Shown piece after piece: positions 39,577 to 51,374 of a DNA stretch of 64,000 nucleotides (position 1 is its first letter; the number at the start of each line of letters is the position of its first letter). Source of the stretch: an uncultured Pelagibacteraceae bacterium. GTDB taxonomy: Bacteria > Pseudomonadota > Alphaproteobacteria > Pelagibacterales > Pelagibacteraceae. The notes below the pieces were generated by a model that worked only from the letters and a program-made list of their open reading frames with translations, had not been told where the DNA came from and did not search any database. Made by a program: the position numbers and the translations under genes. Location: assembly GCA_902572695.1 (NCBI GenBank), contig CACGGZ010000002.1:1914-65913 (forward strand), read 5' to 3'.

Positions 39577-42252
39577 ATGGGTCAAATTTTACTTACAGAT
39601 GTCAGGAAAAAATTCTTAGATTACTTTAAAAAAAACGATCACAAGATTGTAGACTCTAGTAACTTAGTTCCAAACAATGATCCTACCCTGATGTTCACCA
39701 ACTCCGGCATGGTTCAATTTAAAAATGTTTTTACAGGTTTAGAAAAAAGAGATTATAAAACAGCCACAACATCTCAAAAATGTGTAAGAGCCGGTGGAAA
39801 ACATAATGATTTAGAAAACGTAGGATACACACCAAGACACCATACTTTTTTTGAAATGCTTGGAAATTTTTCCTTTGGAGATTACTTTAAAGAGCAGGCA
39901 ATTATTCATGCTTGGAATTTATTAACAAAAGATTTTCAATTGCCCAAAGAAAAACTTTCCGTAACAGTTTATCATGAAGATGAAGAGTCATTTAAACTTT
40001 GGAAAAAAATAGCAGGGTTAAGTGATGATAAAATAATAAAAATAGCAACTTCAGATAACTTTTGGTCAATGGGAGACACTGGTCCATGTGGTCCTTGCTC
40101 AGAAATTTTTTACGATCACGGCGAAAAATTAAAAGGAGGACCTCCAGGAAGCCCAGATCAAGATGGAGATAGATTTATTGAGATATGGAATTTAGTATTT
40201 ATGCAGTACGAGCAAATCTCAAAAAATAAAAGAATAAATTTACCAAAACCATCAGTAGATACTGGGATGGGCCTTGAAAGAATGACAGCTGTCCTTCAAG
40301 GGACCCATGATAATTATAAGATTGATCACTTTAAAAAAATTATGGGTGCATCTTCCGATTTATTGAAGTCACCTATAAATGAGTCAACTATTGCGAGTCA
40401 CAGAGTTATTGCAGATCATTTAAGGGCTAGCAGTTTTTTAATCGCTGAAGGAATATTACCTTCTAATGAAGGAAGAGGATATGTTTTAAGAAGAATCATG
40501 AGACGTGGAATGAGACACGCACATTCTTTAGGAAGCAAAGATCCTGTTTTTTATAAGTTATTTGATATTTTATTAAATGAAATGAAAAGTAGTTATCCTG
40601 AATTAATTACTGGTAAAGAATTAATTATTGAGACTTTAAAAAATGAGGAAGAAAAATTTTCTTCGCTTTTAGAAAGAGGAATGAGAATACTTGATGAAAA
40701 TTTGACTAAAGTTTCAAATAGAACATTTCCAGGGTCAACAGCATTTAAATTATATGACACTTATGGTTTCCCTTTAGATCTAACCGCCGACATATTAAAA
40801 GGGAAGGGAATTAAAGTAGATAATGTTGGTTTTGAAAAGGAGATGGAAAAAAGTAAAGCTCTTGCACGAGCTAATTGGAAAGGTTCCGGAGATAGATCTG
40901 TTGAAGAAAGATGGTTTAAAATAAGAGAAGAAATAAATCCAACTGAATTTTTAGGTTATGAATTTGATAAAGCAGAGGGTGTTGTTATCAAAATTTCAAA
41001 AGACGGTAAGTTTGTAGATTCAGCTAGCACTGGAGATGAGGTAGAGGTTATAACAAATCAAACCCCTTTTTATGGAGAGTCAGGCGGTCAAGTTGGTGAC
41101 CAGGGTTATATTTTTAACTCAAATTGTAAAATAAAGATTAACGATACTCAGAAAAAAATGGGAGATTTATTTGTTCATTATGGAAAAATTGAAAAAGGCT
41201 CAATATCAATTATGCAAAACGTTAATTTAGAAATAGATGTTTTAAAAAGAAATGACTCTAAAGCTTATCATTCAGCAACTCATTTATTACATGAGGCATT
41301 AAGAAGAACTTTAGGAAAACATGTCACTCAAAAAGGTTCGTTAGTTTCACCTGAGAGGCTAAGATTTGACTTTAGTCATAATAAGCCCATTGAAAAAGAT
41401 GAAATGATAAAAATAAATAAAATTGTAAACGAAATAGTAGTTGGTTCTACTGATGTACAGACAAGAATAATGACTCCAAAAGAAGCAGTAAGCATGGGTG
41501 CATTAGCATTATTTGGTGAAAAATATGGAGAAGAAGTGAGAGTAGTTTTTATGGGAAAGGAAAATAACGGTTTTTTCTCAACTGAATTATGTGGAGGCAC
41601 TCACGTTAAAAATACTAAAGAAGTTGGTAAATTTAAAGTTATAAGCCAGTCTTCGATCGCCTCAGGAGTTAGGAGAGTTGAGGCGTTAAGAGATAAACAT
41701 TTAGAAGTTTATGAAAAAACGCAAAAACAAGATAAATCCCAAAAAGAGTTAAATTTAAAAGATGAGATTACATTAATTAAAAAAGAATTACATAAACTAA
41801 AAATAAATCCAGATTATAAAGATAATTTAGATTTAACCGAAAACTTAAAAAATTTAAATAAACAGCTTAGTAAAGTAAAAATTGAAACTATTAAGAAAGA
41901 TAAAAGCAAAAATATAATACAGGACAAAAAAATTGGAGATGTAATAATTCGAGAACAAATTTTGAAAGATTTTCCCTCTAAAGAATTAAGAAGTATTATA
42001 GACGAAGGAAAAAAAGATATTAAATCAGGGATAGTAGTAGGTATTTCCACATTTGAAAATAAAGTTGGTTTAGCTGTAGGAATTACTAAAGATTTAACCT
42101 CAAAATATGATGCTATTGATTTGGTAAAAGCTGCTTCTGTTATTCTAGGAGGCAAAGGAGGTGGAGGTAGAAAAGATTTTGCTCAAGCAGGGGGAGTAAA
42201 TAAAGATAAAATTAAAGAAGCTTTTAAAGAAATTTCTAAAAAAATTAGTTAA
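39577..42252 (+). CDS. alaS: alanine--tRNA ligase
   Basis: [58 protein letters not shown]. Confidence 0.99.
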   Translation: MGQILLTDVRKKFLDYFKKNDHKIVDSSNLVPNNDPTLMFTNSGMVQFKNVFTGLEKRDYKTATTSQKCVRAGGKHNDLENVGYTPRHHTFFEMLGNFSFGDYFKEQAIIHAWNLLTKDFQLPKEKLSVTVYHEDEESFKLWKKIAGLSDDKIIKIATSDNFWSMGDTGPCGPCSEIFYDHGEKLKGGPPGSPDQDGDRFIEIWNLVFMQYEQISKNKRINLPKPSVDTGMGLERMTAVLQGTHDNYKIDHFKKIMGASSDLLKSPINESTIASHRVIADHLRASSFLIAEGILPSNEGRGYVLRRIMRRGMRHAHSLGSKDPVFYKLFDILLNEMKSSYPELITGKELIIETLKNEEEKFSSLLERGMRILDENLTKVSNRTFPGSTAFKLYDTYGFPLDLTADILKGKGIKVDNVGFEKEMEKSKALARANWKGSGDRSVEERWFKIREEINPTEFLGYEFDKAEGVVIKISKDGKFVDSASTGDEVEVITNQTPFYGESGGQVGDQGYIFNSNCKIKINDTQKKMGDLFVHYGKIEKGSISIMQNVNLEIDVLKRNDSKAYHSATHLLHEALRRTLGKHVTQKGSLVSPERLRFDFSHNKPIEKDEMIKINKIVNEIVVGSTDVQTRIMTPKEAVSMGALALFGEKYGEEVRVVFMGKENNGFFSTELCGGTHVKNTKEVGKFKVISQSSIASGVRRVEALRDKHLEVYEKTQKQDKSQKELNLKDEITLIKKELHKLKINPDYKDNLDLTENLKNLNKQLSKVKIETIKKDKSKNIIQDKKIGDVIIREQILKDFPSKELRSIIDEGKKDIKSGIVVGISTFENKVGLAVGITKDLTSKYDAIDLVKAASVILGGKGGGGRKDFAQAGGVNKDKIKEAFKEISKKIS

Positions 42253-43459
42253 GTTTTTTCTTTAAATTTCTATCAATTGTTTCTAAGAATTGATTTGTTG
42301 TTAGATATTTAGTTGATTTATCAATTAAGATTGCCAAATCCTTTGTCATTGATCCGCTCTCAACAGTTTTAATACATACTTCTTCAATATTAGTTGAAAA
42401 TTTAATTAGTTCTTCATTTCCGTCGAGTTTTCCTCTGTGAGCTAAACCTCTTGTCCATGCAAATATTGAAGCAATAGGATTTGTAGAAGTTTCTTTTCCT
42501 TGTTGGTGCATTCTATAATGCCTTGTTACCGTTCCATGCGCAGCTTCAGACTCTACAGTTTTACCATCTGGCGTCATTAGTACACTAGTCATAAGGCCTA
42601 AAGACCCAAATCCCTGTGCAACAGTATCGGATTGAACGTCACCATCATAATTTTTACATGCCCAAATATATCCACCATTCCATTTCATAGCACAGGCAAC
42701 CATGTCATCAATTAATCTATGCTCATAAGAAATATTTGCTTTTTTAAATTTATCAGAAAATTCTTTATCAAATACTTCTTGGAATAGATCCTTAAACCTT
42801 CCATCGTATGCCTTAAGAATTGTATTCTTAGTCGACAGATAAACCGGCCATTTTCTAACTAGTCCATAATTCATACATGCTCTTGCAAAGTCTTTAATTG
42901 AATCATCTAAATTATACATCGTTAGAGCTGTTCCTGAGCTAGGAAAATCAAACACTTTAAATTCTTTTTTACTTTTTCCGTCTTTTGAAATCCATTTGAC
43001 TTCAAGATTACCTTCACCTGGTACTAAAAAATCAGTAGCTCTATATTGATCTCCAAAAGCATGTCGTCCAATTACAATCGGTTGAGTCCAACCCGGAACT
43101 AATTTTGGGACATTTTTACAAATAATTGGCTCTCTAAAAACTGTCCCACCTAAAATATTTCTAATAGTTCCATTAGGCGATCTCCACATTTTCTTTAATT
43201 TAAATTCTTCTACACGCGCCTCGTCTGGGGTAATAGTCGCGCATTTTACCCCAACACCATATTGTTTAATTGCCTTAGCCGCATCTATTGTAATCTGATC
43301 ATCAGTTTTATCCCTACTTTTCATACCCAAATCGTAATATTTTAGATCAAGCTCAAGATAGGGTTTTATCAGCTTATCTTTAATAAAAGACCATATAATT
43401 CTGGTCATTTCGTCACCATCTAACTCAACTATTGGATTTTTAACCTTTATTTTTGACAT
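42245..43459 (-). CDS. icd: NADP-dependent isocitrate dehydrogenase
   Basis: [44 protein letters not shown]; start moved to ATG 43459 (MSKIKV). Confidence 0.97.
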   Translation of the reverse strand: MSKIKVKNPIVELDGDEMTRIIWSFIKDKLIKPYLELDLKYYDLGMKSRDKTDDQITIDAAKAIKQYGVGVKCATITPDEARVEEFKLKKMWRSPNGTIRNILGGTVFREPIICKNVPKLVPGWTQPIVIGRHAFGDQYRATDFLVPGEGNLEVKWISKDGKSKKEFKVFDFPSSGTALTMYNLDDSIKDFARACMNYGLVRKWPVYLSTKNTILKAYDGRFKDLFQEVFDKEFSDKFKKANISYEHRLIDDMVACAMKWNGGYIWACKNYDGDVQSDTVAQGFGSLGLMTSVLMTPDGKTVESEAAHGTVTRHYRMHQQGKETSTNPIASIFAWTRGLAHRGKLDGNEELIKFSTNIEEVCIKTVESGSMTKDLAILIDKSTKYLTTNQFLETIDRNLKKKLN

Positions 43460-43525
43460 AAATATAAATTGATTATGTGTAATTTTTATACATATTAATG
43501 AGAAATTATCAAACTTTAAAACTAT

Positions 43526-44173
43526 ATGATTAATAACATTTTTCCTAAAATACATAATGAGGGCTACAAATTTCTTGCGATTTCAATAATTGCAACCTTA
43601 GCTTCTTTATTGTTTTCTATAATTCTCACTCTTTTATTTTTATTATTAACAATATGGGTTTATTATTTTTTTAGAGACCCAGATAGAGTATCAATTAATA
43701 ATGATAGTTTTTATGTAAGCCCCGCAGACGGTTTGATAACTCAAATTGTTGAAACCAAAGGTCCTTCAGAATTAAACCTTAATGAAACATCATTTACAAG
43801 AATAAGTATTTTTATGAATGTTTTTAATTGCCATGTAAATAGATCACCAGTGTCTGGATCAGTGAGTGATATTTTTTATAAACCTGGTAAGTTTGTTAAT
43901 GCTTCATTAGATAAAGCAAGTGAAGAAAACGAGAGAAATTATTTTAAAATTACATCCAAAAAAGGAGAGGAAATTATTGTTGTACAGATTGCAGGCCTAA
44001 TAGCTAGAAGAATAGTTACACAAGTTAATATAAATGAAAATTTATCTCAGGGACAAAGAATTGGAATGATCAGATTTGGAAGTAGAGTCGATTTATACAT
44101 TCAAAATAAAAAAATTTTAGCACAAGTCGGACAAAATGTGACAGCAGGAGAATCTCTATTAGCAAAAGACTAA
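43526..44173 (+). CDS. psd: phosphatidylserine decarboxylase proenzyme
   Basis: [26 protein letters not shown], autocleavage FGSRVD. Confidence 0.95.
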   Translation: MINNIFPKIHNEGYKFLAISIIATLASLLFSIILTLLFLLLTIWVYYFFRDPDRVSINNDSFYVSPADGLITQIVETKGPSELNLNETSFTRISIFMNVFNCHVNRSPVSGSVSDIFYKPGKFVNASLDKASEENERNYFKITSKKGEEIIVVQIAGLIARRIVTQVNINENLSQGQRIGMIRFGSRVDLYIQNKKILAQVGQNVTAGESLLAKD

Positions 44174-44186
44174 TAAATAAAATCAA

Positions 44187-44975
44187 ATGGAAGAAAAAAA
44201 ATTTAAATTAGTTGGCTCCAAAAAAACAAGATATTTGCTCCCTAACCTTTTAACAATAGTTGGAGTTTGCTTAGGTATAAGTTCCATTAAATTTTCCATA
44301 GATCAAAATTTTAATCTAGCCGTAATTTTCATTTTATTAGCGGCGATTTTAGATGCCTTAGATGGCAGAATAGCAAGACTAATTAAAGGGACTTCAGATT
44401 TTGGAAAAGAGTTAGACTCCCTCACTGATTTTGTGAGTTTCGGTATTGCGCCAGCTTTAATAATTTATTTTTGGGAACTTAACACATTTGGTAAATTAGG
44501 TTGGACGATAACTCTCTTATATTCAGTCTGTTGTGTTTTAAGACTCGCAAGGTTCAATTTAACAAACATAAATAAAAATGAGGTTTGGAAAATGAATTAT
44601 TTTGAGGGAATTCCTTCACCGATTGGCGCTATATTAATTTTGCTTCCTTTAATTTATGAGATAAGTGATTTAAAACAGTTTTTCAATCCCAAAATTTTAG
44701 TACCATATATCACCATCCTAGTTTCTATTATGTTAATAAGTAAAATACCAACTTTTTCCTTTAAAAAAATTTCTGTTCCTTCGAAATTAACTATATTTAT
44801 TTTATTATTTGCCGTACTATCATTTGTTTCTTTAATGTTTTATACTTTTGAAACTTTATTATTATTTGGTTTTATATATGTTTTGACAATACCTTTGTCA
44901 GCCTTCATGTTTTTGAAAAACAAAAACAGTTTAAAAGACAACTTCAATGATGACGATCATGAAGATATTCTTTAA
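44187..44975 (+). CDS. pssA: CDP-diacylglycerol--serine O-phosphatidyltransferase
   Basis: PNLLT, DALDGRIAR..GKELDSLTD, LRLARFN, FEGIP; follows psd. Confidence 0.92.
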   Translation: MEEKKFKLVGSKKTRYLLPNLLTIVGVCLGISSIKFSIDQNFNLAVIFILLAAILDALDGRIARLIKGTSDFGKELDSLTDFVSFGIAPALIIYFWELNTFGKLGWTITLLYSVCCVLRLARFNLTNINKNEVWKMNYFEGIPSPIGAILILLPLIYEISDLKQFFNPKILVPYITILVSIMLISKIPTFSFKKISVPSKLTIFILLFAVLSFVSLMFYTFETLLLFGFIYVLTIPLSAFMFLKNKNSLKDNFNDDDHEDIL

Positions 44976-45592
44976 TGAAAAAAAATAAATCTTCCAAAAA
45001 TTGGATTATAAATCAACATAGGGATGAATACTTTAAACAATCTAGATCACTTGGTTACAGATCTAGAGCCGCATTTAAACTACTAGAATTAAATAAAAAA
45101 TTTAATTTTTTAAAAAAAAATTCAAAAGTTCTTGATTTAGGCGCTGCCCCGGGTGGATGGTCCCAAGTTGCAAGTAATTATTGCACCAAAGGAAAGGTTA
45201 TGTCTGTTGATCTAAAGCAAATGACAGAATTAAAAAATGTTAAATTTCTTATGATGGATTTTAGGGTAAACGAATCAAAAAAAGCTATTGAGAAATTTTT
45301 TGGTGATAAAATCAGTGTTATTTTGTCTGATATGGCTGCTAATACCACCGGAAATAAAGATCTTGATTGTATAAGGACCAATGAGCTTTGCATGGAAGCC
45401 TTAAAGTTTTCATTGAGTGTTTTAGACAATAGTGGCGTCATTATATCAAAATTATTCAATGGACAAGACTTTGAGGCGGTTAAAAAATTTGCTTTAAGCA
45501 ATTTTAAAAAAGTAAGATTTTTTAAACCAAAATCTAGCAAAGATCACTCAAAAGAAACTTATATACATTGTTGCGGATTAAAGACTTTATAA
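44975..45592 (+). CDS. rlmE: 23S rRNA Um2552 methyltransferase
   Basis: YRSRAAFKL, LDLGAAPGGWSQ, LSDMA, SKETY. Confidence 0.95.
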   Translation: MKKNKSSKNWIINQHRDEYFKQSRSLGYRSRAAFKLLELNKKFNFLKKNSKVLDLGAAPGGWSQVASNYCTKGKVMSVDLKQMTELKNVKFLMMDFRVNESKKAIEKFFGDKISVILSDMAANTTGNKDLDCIRTNELCMEALKFSLSVLDNSGVIISKLFNGQDFEAVKKFALSNFKKVRFFKPKSSKDHSKETYIHCCGLKTL

Positions 45593-45618
45593 AATAATAA
45601 AATTGTATATAAGTTTAT

Positions 45619-46698
45619 ATGGAACTAATTAAAGAAGCCTTAACTTTCGATGATGTTTTGTTGCTACCTAGACACTCAACAATTCTTCCAAATCAAACAA
45701 ATATAAGCTTAAATCTTTCAAAAAAATTAAAATTAAATGTTCCATTCTTATCTGCTGCAATGGACACAGTCACAGAGTATGAGATGGCTTTAGAAATGGC
45801 AAAACAGGGAGGATTAGGTATTATTCATAGAAATCTATCGGCACAAGAGCAAAGTTTACAGGTTAAGAAAATAAAGAAAAAAAATCTTAAAGTCGGGGCT
45901 GCGATTGGCACGAGCTCAAATGATATTTATAGAGCAAAATTATTGTCAGATAATGATGTTGACATGATAATTATTGATACAGCTCATGGAGATAGTAAGA
46001 AAGTATTTCAAACAGTTTATAATATTAAAAAAATCAATAAAAGGAATTTAATTTGTGTAGGTAACATAGCAACAGGAGAAGCCGCAAACTCATTATATAA
46101 TGTTGGTGCCGACATTGTTAAAGTAGGTATAGGCCCAGGCTCTATTTGCACAACGAGAATGATTGCTGGAATAGGCGTTCCACAAATAACTGCACTCTCA
46201 AATGTAAAGAAAAAATTAAAAAAGAAAAATATTAAAATTATTTCAGACGGAGGAATTAAATTTTCTGGAGATATTATTAAAGCTATTGCGGCAGGAGCAG
46301 ATGCTATTATGATGGGTTCAATTTTTGCCGGCACAAAAGAAAGTCCAGGAAAAAAGTTCAAAATTAGAAATAAATATTATAAAAATTATAGAGGGATGGG
46401 ATCTATCGGAGCGATGTCTGCTGGATCTTCAAATAGGTATTTTCAGGAAAACTTTAAAGATAGATCTAAATTTATTGCTGAAGGAGTAGAGGGTCGTGTT
46501 GAGTATAAAGGACCGCTTTCCAAAATTATTTATCAACTGCAAGGGGGTCTAAGATCGTCCATGGGTTATATAGGAGCAAAAAACTTAAAAGATATAAAAA
46601 AAAATGCTAAGTTTATAAAAATAACTAAAGCAGGTTTTTATGAAAGCATGGTTCACAGTGTTGACGCGATTGAAAGCAGCTTGAATTTTAAATTATGA
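45619..46698 (+). CDS. guaB: IMP dehydrogenase lacking CBS domains
   Basis: LTFDDVLL, SAAMDTVT, DTAHG, GIGPGSICTT, YRGMGS, EGVEG; only 359 aa. Confidence 0.95.
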   Translation: MELIKEALTFDDVLLLPRHSTILPNQTNISLNLSKKLKLNVPFLSAAMDTVTEYEMALEMAKQGGLGIIHRNLSAQEQSLQVKKIKKKNLKVGAAIGTSSNDIYRAKLLSDNDVDMIIIDTAHGDSKKVFQTVYNIKKINKRNLICVGNIATGEAANSLYNVGADIVKVGIGPGSICTTRMIAGIGVPQITALSNVKKKLKKKNIKIISDGGIKFSGDIIKAIAAGADAIMMGSIFAGTKESPGKKFKIRNKYYKNYRGMGSIGAMSAGSSNRYFQENFKDRSKFIAEGVEGRVEYKGPLSKIIYQLQGGLRSSMGYIGAKNLKDIKKNAKFIKITKAGFYESMVHSVDAIESSLNFKL

Positions 46699-47126
46699 AA
46701 ATACTAATTATATTTACATTCTTAATATCTTTTCTTTTTATAAATTTTAAAAATGTAAATAGCAGTGAAAAAAATTATTTTGACGAAGCAGTTAGTTTTT
46801 TTAAAAAAAAAAATTTTGAAAAAGCTAAATTTAAGTTTGAACAAGATATAGTTTTTAATCCAAAAAATCATCAATCTTACTTATATTTAGCAAAAATTTT
46901 TAATGAACAAAAAAATGTTGAACAAGAAGAGTCAAATCTTAATACAGTAATATTAATTCATCCTCAAAATGAAGAGGCCACCTTAGCATTGGCCAAGCTT
47001 AATTTAAAAAAATCAAATTTTTCAGAGACACAAAAACTAATAAATAAATTTAAAAAAATTTGTAAAATAGATTGTACTAAATCATTATCAGTTGAAAAAG
47101 ATTTGAAAAATTCTTTAAATAAATGA
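46695..47126 (+). CDS. secreted TPR-repeat protein
   Basis: N-terminal signal-like helix; TPR-like NPKN..SYLYLAKIF and PQNEEA..LA units. Confidence 0.65.
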   Translation: MKILIIFTFLISFLFINFKNVNSSEKNYFDEAVSFFKKKNFEKAKFKFEQDIVFNPKNHQSYLYLAKIFNEQKNVEQEESNLNTVILIHPQNEEATLALAKLNLKKSNFSETQKLINKFKKICKIDCTKSLSVEKDLKNSLNK

Positions 47127-47140
47127 ATTTTTATTAATAG

Positions 47141-48688
47141 ATGAACATAGACAAAGTTTTGATTATCGATTTTGGGTCACAAGTTACAAAACTAATTGCA
47201 AGAAGAGTAAGAGAACTTGGCGTATATTCTGAGATTTTAAATATCAATCATTTAAAAAATATTAAAAAATTAGAGAGTGTCAAAGGTATCATTTTGTCTG
47301 GTGGACCAGCGTCAGTGACACAAAAAAAATACCCTAAAATTTCAAAAGAAATATTTTTAAAAAAAATTCCAATTCTGGGAATATGTTATGGTCTACAACT
47401 CATATCAAAATCTTTTGGAGGAAAAGTGAAAAATAATAAAAAAAAAAGAGAATTTGGAAGAGCTTTATTATTTGAAAAAAAAAAATCAGTTCTTACTAAA
47501 AATTTTTTTGATAAAAAGATTACTAATGTGTGGATGAGTCACCAAGATGCAGTAACAAATTTACCTAAAGGTTTTAACAAAATTGCATCTACAAAAAACT
47601 CCGCTTTAACAATTATAGAAAATAAAAATTTGAATATTTATGGTATACAATTTCACCCAGAAATAACTCATACTCAAAATGGAAAGACACTGTTTTATAA
47701 TTTTTTATTTCATATTTGTAAAATTAAAAAAAAATGGAAAATTGGTTTGCAAAAAAAAAGATTAATAGATCTTATAAAGAAAAAGGTAAAAGGAAATAAA
47801 GTAATCTGTGCTCTATCTGGAGGAGTAGACAGTAGTGTATCTGCTTTATTAATTAACAAAGCTATTAAATCAAACCTAATATGTATTATGGTTGATACTG
47901 GCCTGATGAGAAAAAATGAATTTAAAAAAACTTATAAAATTTTTAAAAAAAAGTACAAACTTAACGTGAAACTTATCAATGCGTCTAAATTATATTACTC
48001 AAAATTGAAAAATATTAGCGATCCAGAAAAAAAAAGAAAATTAATTGGTAAGCTGTTTATAAATATTTTCGAAAAAGAGGCAAAAAAAAATAAAAAAATA
48101 AAATTTTTAGCTCAAGGCACTCTTTACCCAGATATAATAGAAAGCAGGTCTACGACTGGAAAAAGCACAAAGATAAAATCTCACCATAATGTTGGAGGGT
48201 TACCCAAAAAAATGAGATTAAAATTGATTGAACCTTTGAGAGATTTTTTTAAAGATGAGGTTAGATCATTGGGAAAATCATTAGGCTTGACTGATAAAAT
48301 TAATAATAGACATCCTTTTCCAGGACCAGGGTTAGCCATTAGAATTTTAGGAAAAGTTACGCCAGATAAAATTAGAATTCTTCAAGACGCAGACCACATT
48401 TTCATCAATGAACTAATTAATAAAAAATTTTATAATAAAATTTGGCAGGCTTACGCAGCTCTTCTACCAGTTAAGACTGTTGGGGTAATGGGTGACACAA
48501 GGACATATGAGCATATATGCTTATTGAGAGCTGTAATTTCAGAAGACGGCATGTCTGCTGATTATTTTAAATTTCCACAATGGTTTTTAGACAATATTTC
48601 AAATAAAATAATAAATAACGTTCCAGGTATAAATAGAGTAGTTTATGATATAACATCTAAACCACCAAGCACTATTGAGTTAGAATGA
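47141..48688 (+). CDS. guaA: GMP synthase
   Basis: [44 protein letters not shown]. Confidence 0.98.
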   Translation: MNIDKVLIIDFGSQVTKLIARRVRELGVYSEILNINHLKNIKKLESVKGIILSGGPASVTQKKYPKISKEIFLKKIPILGICYGLQLISKSFGGKVKNNKKKREFGRALLFEKKKSVLTKNFFDKKITNVWMSHQDAVTNLPKGFNKIASTKNSALTIIENKNLNIYGIQFHPEITHTQNGKTLFYNFLFHICKIKKKWKIGLQKKRLIDLIKKKVKGNKVICALSGGVDSSVSALLINKAIKSNLICIMVDTGLMRKNEFKKTYKIFKKKYKLNVKLINASKLYYSKLKNISDPEKKRKLIGKLFINIFEKEAKKNKKIKFLAQGTLYPDIIESRSTTGKSTKIKSHHNVGGLPKKMRLKLIEPLRDFFKDEVRSLGKSLGLTDKINNRHPFPGPGLAIRILGKVTPDKIRILQDADHIFINELINKKFYNKIWQAYAALLPVKTVGVMGDTRTYEHICLLRAVISEDGMSADYFKFPQWFLDNISNKIINNVPGINRVVYDITSKPPSTIELE

Positions 48689-49464
48689 TAAAAAAAAAAA
48701 TCAAAAAAATTTTGGATAAAAAAAATAAAACTAAAATCGTTTGTTTAACTTCTTATTCTGGAAATACAGCAAGCATTTTAGATAAACATTGTGATATAAT
48801 TCTTGTTGGGGACTCCATGGCAAATGTTTTGTATGGCATGACAAATACCCATACTATGACTTTAGAACAAATGATAAGTCACTCAATATCTGTAAAAAAA
48901 AAAATTAAATATTCATTATTAGTGGTCGATATGCCAAAAAATACTTATTTGAATGTCAAAGATGCAAAGAAAAATGCCAAATTGATTTTAAAAAAAACCG
49001 GATGCGACGCTGTTAAAATAGAGAGCAACAAAAAAAATTATAACATTATCAAAAACCTAGTATCCATAAAAATTCCAGTTATGGGACATATCGGATTTAC
49101 ACCACAGCACAAAAAAAAATTCAAAGTCGAAGGAAAATCTTTATCACAAAAAAAAAAACTTATAAAAGAAGCTCACGAAATTCAAAGAGCTGGGGCATTT
49201 TCAATTGTATTAGAGTGCATTTCTGAAAAAACAGCCGAGGAAGTAACTAATTCCTTGAAAATTCCAACCATTGGAATTGGATCGTCTAAGAAATGTGACG
49301 GACAAATACTAGTCACAGATGATCTTCTTGGTTTAAGTGGGTTTTACCCAAAATTTGTAAGAAGATATGCAAAATTAAACAAGATTATTGATAAAGCTGT
49401 GAAAAAATATAGTAAAGATGTAAAATTGGGAAAATTTCCAAAAACTAATAATAGCTTTAACTAA
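48685..49464 (+). CDS. panB: 3-methyl-2-oxobutanoate hydroxymethyltransferase
   Basis: [38 protein letters not shown]. Confidence 0.95.
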   Translation: MIKKKIKKILDKKNKTKIVCLTSYSGNTASILDKHCDIILVGDSMANVLYGMTNTHTMTLEQMISHSISVKKKIKYSLLVVDMPKNTYLNVKDAKKNAKLILKKTGCDAVKIESNKKNYNIIKNLVSIKIPVMGHIGFTPQHKKKFKVEGKSLSQKKKLIKEAHEIQRAGAFSIVLECISEKTAEEVTNSLKIPTIGIGSSKKCDGQILVTDDLLGLSGFYPKFVRRYAKLNKIIDKAVKKYSKDVKLGKFPKTNNSFN

Positions 49465-50039
49465 TGGAAACTGAAAATATAGACAACAATCTAAATCAAA
49501 ATAGATTTTCTATTTTTTACAAAAAAAATAAAACTAAAATTTTAATTTTTTTATTAAGTTTGCCAGTAATATTGATAATTTTTTTTGGATATAATTTTTA
49601 CAACGAAAAAAAAAATACAAGAATATCTAACCAATTTAATGAAGCAAACATACTTTTAGAGAATGATAGAAAGCAAGATTCTAAAAAAATATTTATTTCT
49701 TTAATTAATGAAAAACACTTATTTTATTCACCTTTGTCTTTAAACGTAATTGTGGAAAATGGCTTAATTGAAAATCAAGATAGCTTATTAGAATTATTTG
49801 ATAAAATTTTGAAAATTAAATCTTTAGATAAAGAAACGAAAAATTTATACAGGTTTAAAAAAGCCACAATATTCTCCACTCAAGCAAAAGAAAATGAAAT
49901 GTTAAAAACACTTAATCCAATTATAAATTCTAAATCTATTTGGAAAGAGAATGCCATAAAATTTCTTGAAGTATATTTTTTACAAAAAGGAGATTTTCTT
50001 AAGGCAAAAGAATATAGAGATTTACTTAAACAATTATAA
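49464..50039 (+). CDS. membrane-anchored TPR-like protein (YfgM/DUF2659-like)
   Basis: Single N-terminal TM followed by a helical domain; position upstream of a BamB-like gene. Confidence 0.55.
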   Translation: METENIDNNLNQNRFSIFYKKNKTKILIFLLSLPVILIIFFGYNFYNEKKNTRISNQFNEANILLENDRKQDSKKIFISLINEKHLFYSPLSLNVIVENGLIENQDSLLELFDKILKIKSLDKETKNLYRFKKATIFSTQAKENEMLKTLNPIINSKSIWKENAIKFLEVYFLQKGDFLKAKEYRDLLKQL

Positions 50040-50045
50040 TTTTTT

Positions 50046-51374
50046 ATGAAAAAATTATTATTTATTTTAATTTTATTTTTAACTAGTTGCTCATTTGATA
50101 ACAAAAGTGGTATTTGGGAAAACCAAAAAATTAAAAATCAAGAGAAGGTAGCGAAAAATAAAAATTACATACCTGTATTTGAAAAGGAAAAATATTTAAA
50201 CACTGAAATTAAACTTAAAAATAAAAATGAAATTCAACTTTCAAAATTAACAACTACCTCAAAATGGACTGTAGAGAATTATGACTCTAATTACCAGCTA
50301 CATAATTTGAATTATATTAATAATCTTAAAATTGATCTAAAGAGCAATAAACTCTCTAGAAAAAAGTTGTCAGATAAAATATTTTATTTAAACCAAAAAA
50401 TAATTTTTAATAATTTAAATGGTGAAATATTTGTTTACTCAATCGATCAAAACAAAATTATATTTAAATATAACTTTTATAAAAAATTTAATTATAAAAG
50501 AAAAAAATTATTAAATATTCTAGTAGATAACAATATTATTTATGCAGCAGATAATTTTGGATATTTATACGCGCTAAATTATTCAACAAATAAAATATTA
50601 TGGGCTAAAAATTATGGAGTTCCATTTAATACCAATATTTTAAAAAAAGACGATAGTATTTACTTAGCAAATAGCAATAGCACTTTTTTCTCAATCAACA
50701 AAAAAAATGGAGAAGTTTTGTGGTCATACAAAACAGAAAATAAAGAAGTAAGGTCAAGTTTTAACAGTATTATTCTTATCCAAAATGACAACATTTACTA
50801 TTTAAATAATTTCCTAAATGTCTACAATTTTAAACACAACTTAAATTCACCTGTATGGGTATCAAGTCTTGTCACAAACAGGTTTGAAGAAAGTACATCA
50901 AATACTATTAACAATTTTGTTGCAAATAAAAATAAATTGATTGTTTCACAAAGCAACAAAATTCTAATAGTTGATAACAAAAATGCTCTGATAGAAAGGT
51001 CACTACCAATAAAATCAGATATTAATATAATATCTTCGGGAAATTTATTGTGTTCTATTTCTGACACGAACTTTTTAATTTGTTTTAATAGTCAAACTGG
51101 AAAAATATTATGGTCAATAAATATTGATAAAGCTTTACAAAAAAAAGAATTTGTGAAATTGAGAAAGAAAATTGGAAAAATTAGTAATATGAAATTTATA
51201 AATGATAATATATTTATATTTACTAAAAAAGGTTATTTAATAAAAATTAGTCCTTTAAATCCAAAAATAATAAGTGTAGATAAAATACCTGTAAAGCTTA
51301 AAAAAAATTTTATTATAGTTGAAGGTAAAATTTTAAATATTATTAATGGAAATAAACTAGTTATAATAAGTTAA
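50046..51374 (+). CDS. PQQ-like beta-propeller lipoprotein (BamB-like)
   Basis: Lipobox FLTSC; repeats GYLYALN..KILW, NKKNGEVLW, NSQTGKILW. Confidence 0.72.
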   Translation: MKKLLFILILFLTSCSFDNKSGIWENQKIKNQEKVAKNKNYIPVFEKEKYLNTEIKLKNKNEIQLSKLTTTSKWTVENYDSNYQLHNLNYINNLKIDLKSNKLSRKKLSDKIFYLNQKIIFNNLNGEIFVYSIDQNKIIFKYNFYKKFNYKRKKLLNILVDNNIIYAADNFGYLYALNYSTNKILWAKNYGVPFNTNILKKDDSIYLANSNSTFFSINKKNGEVLWSYKTENKEVRSSFNSIILIQNDNIYYLNNFLNVYNFKHNLNSPVWVSSLVTNRFEESTSNTINNFVANKNKLIVSQSNKILIVDNKNALIERSLPIKSDINIISSGNLLCSISDTNFLICFNSQTGKILWSINIDKALQKKEFVKLRKKIGKISNMKFINDNIFIFTKKGYLIKISPLNPKIISVDKIPVKLKKNFIIVEGKILNIINGNKLVIIS

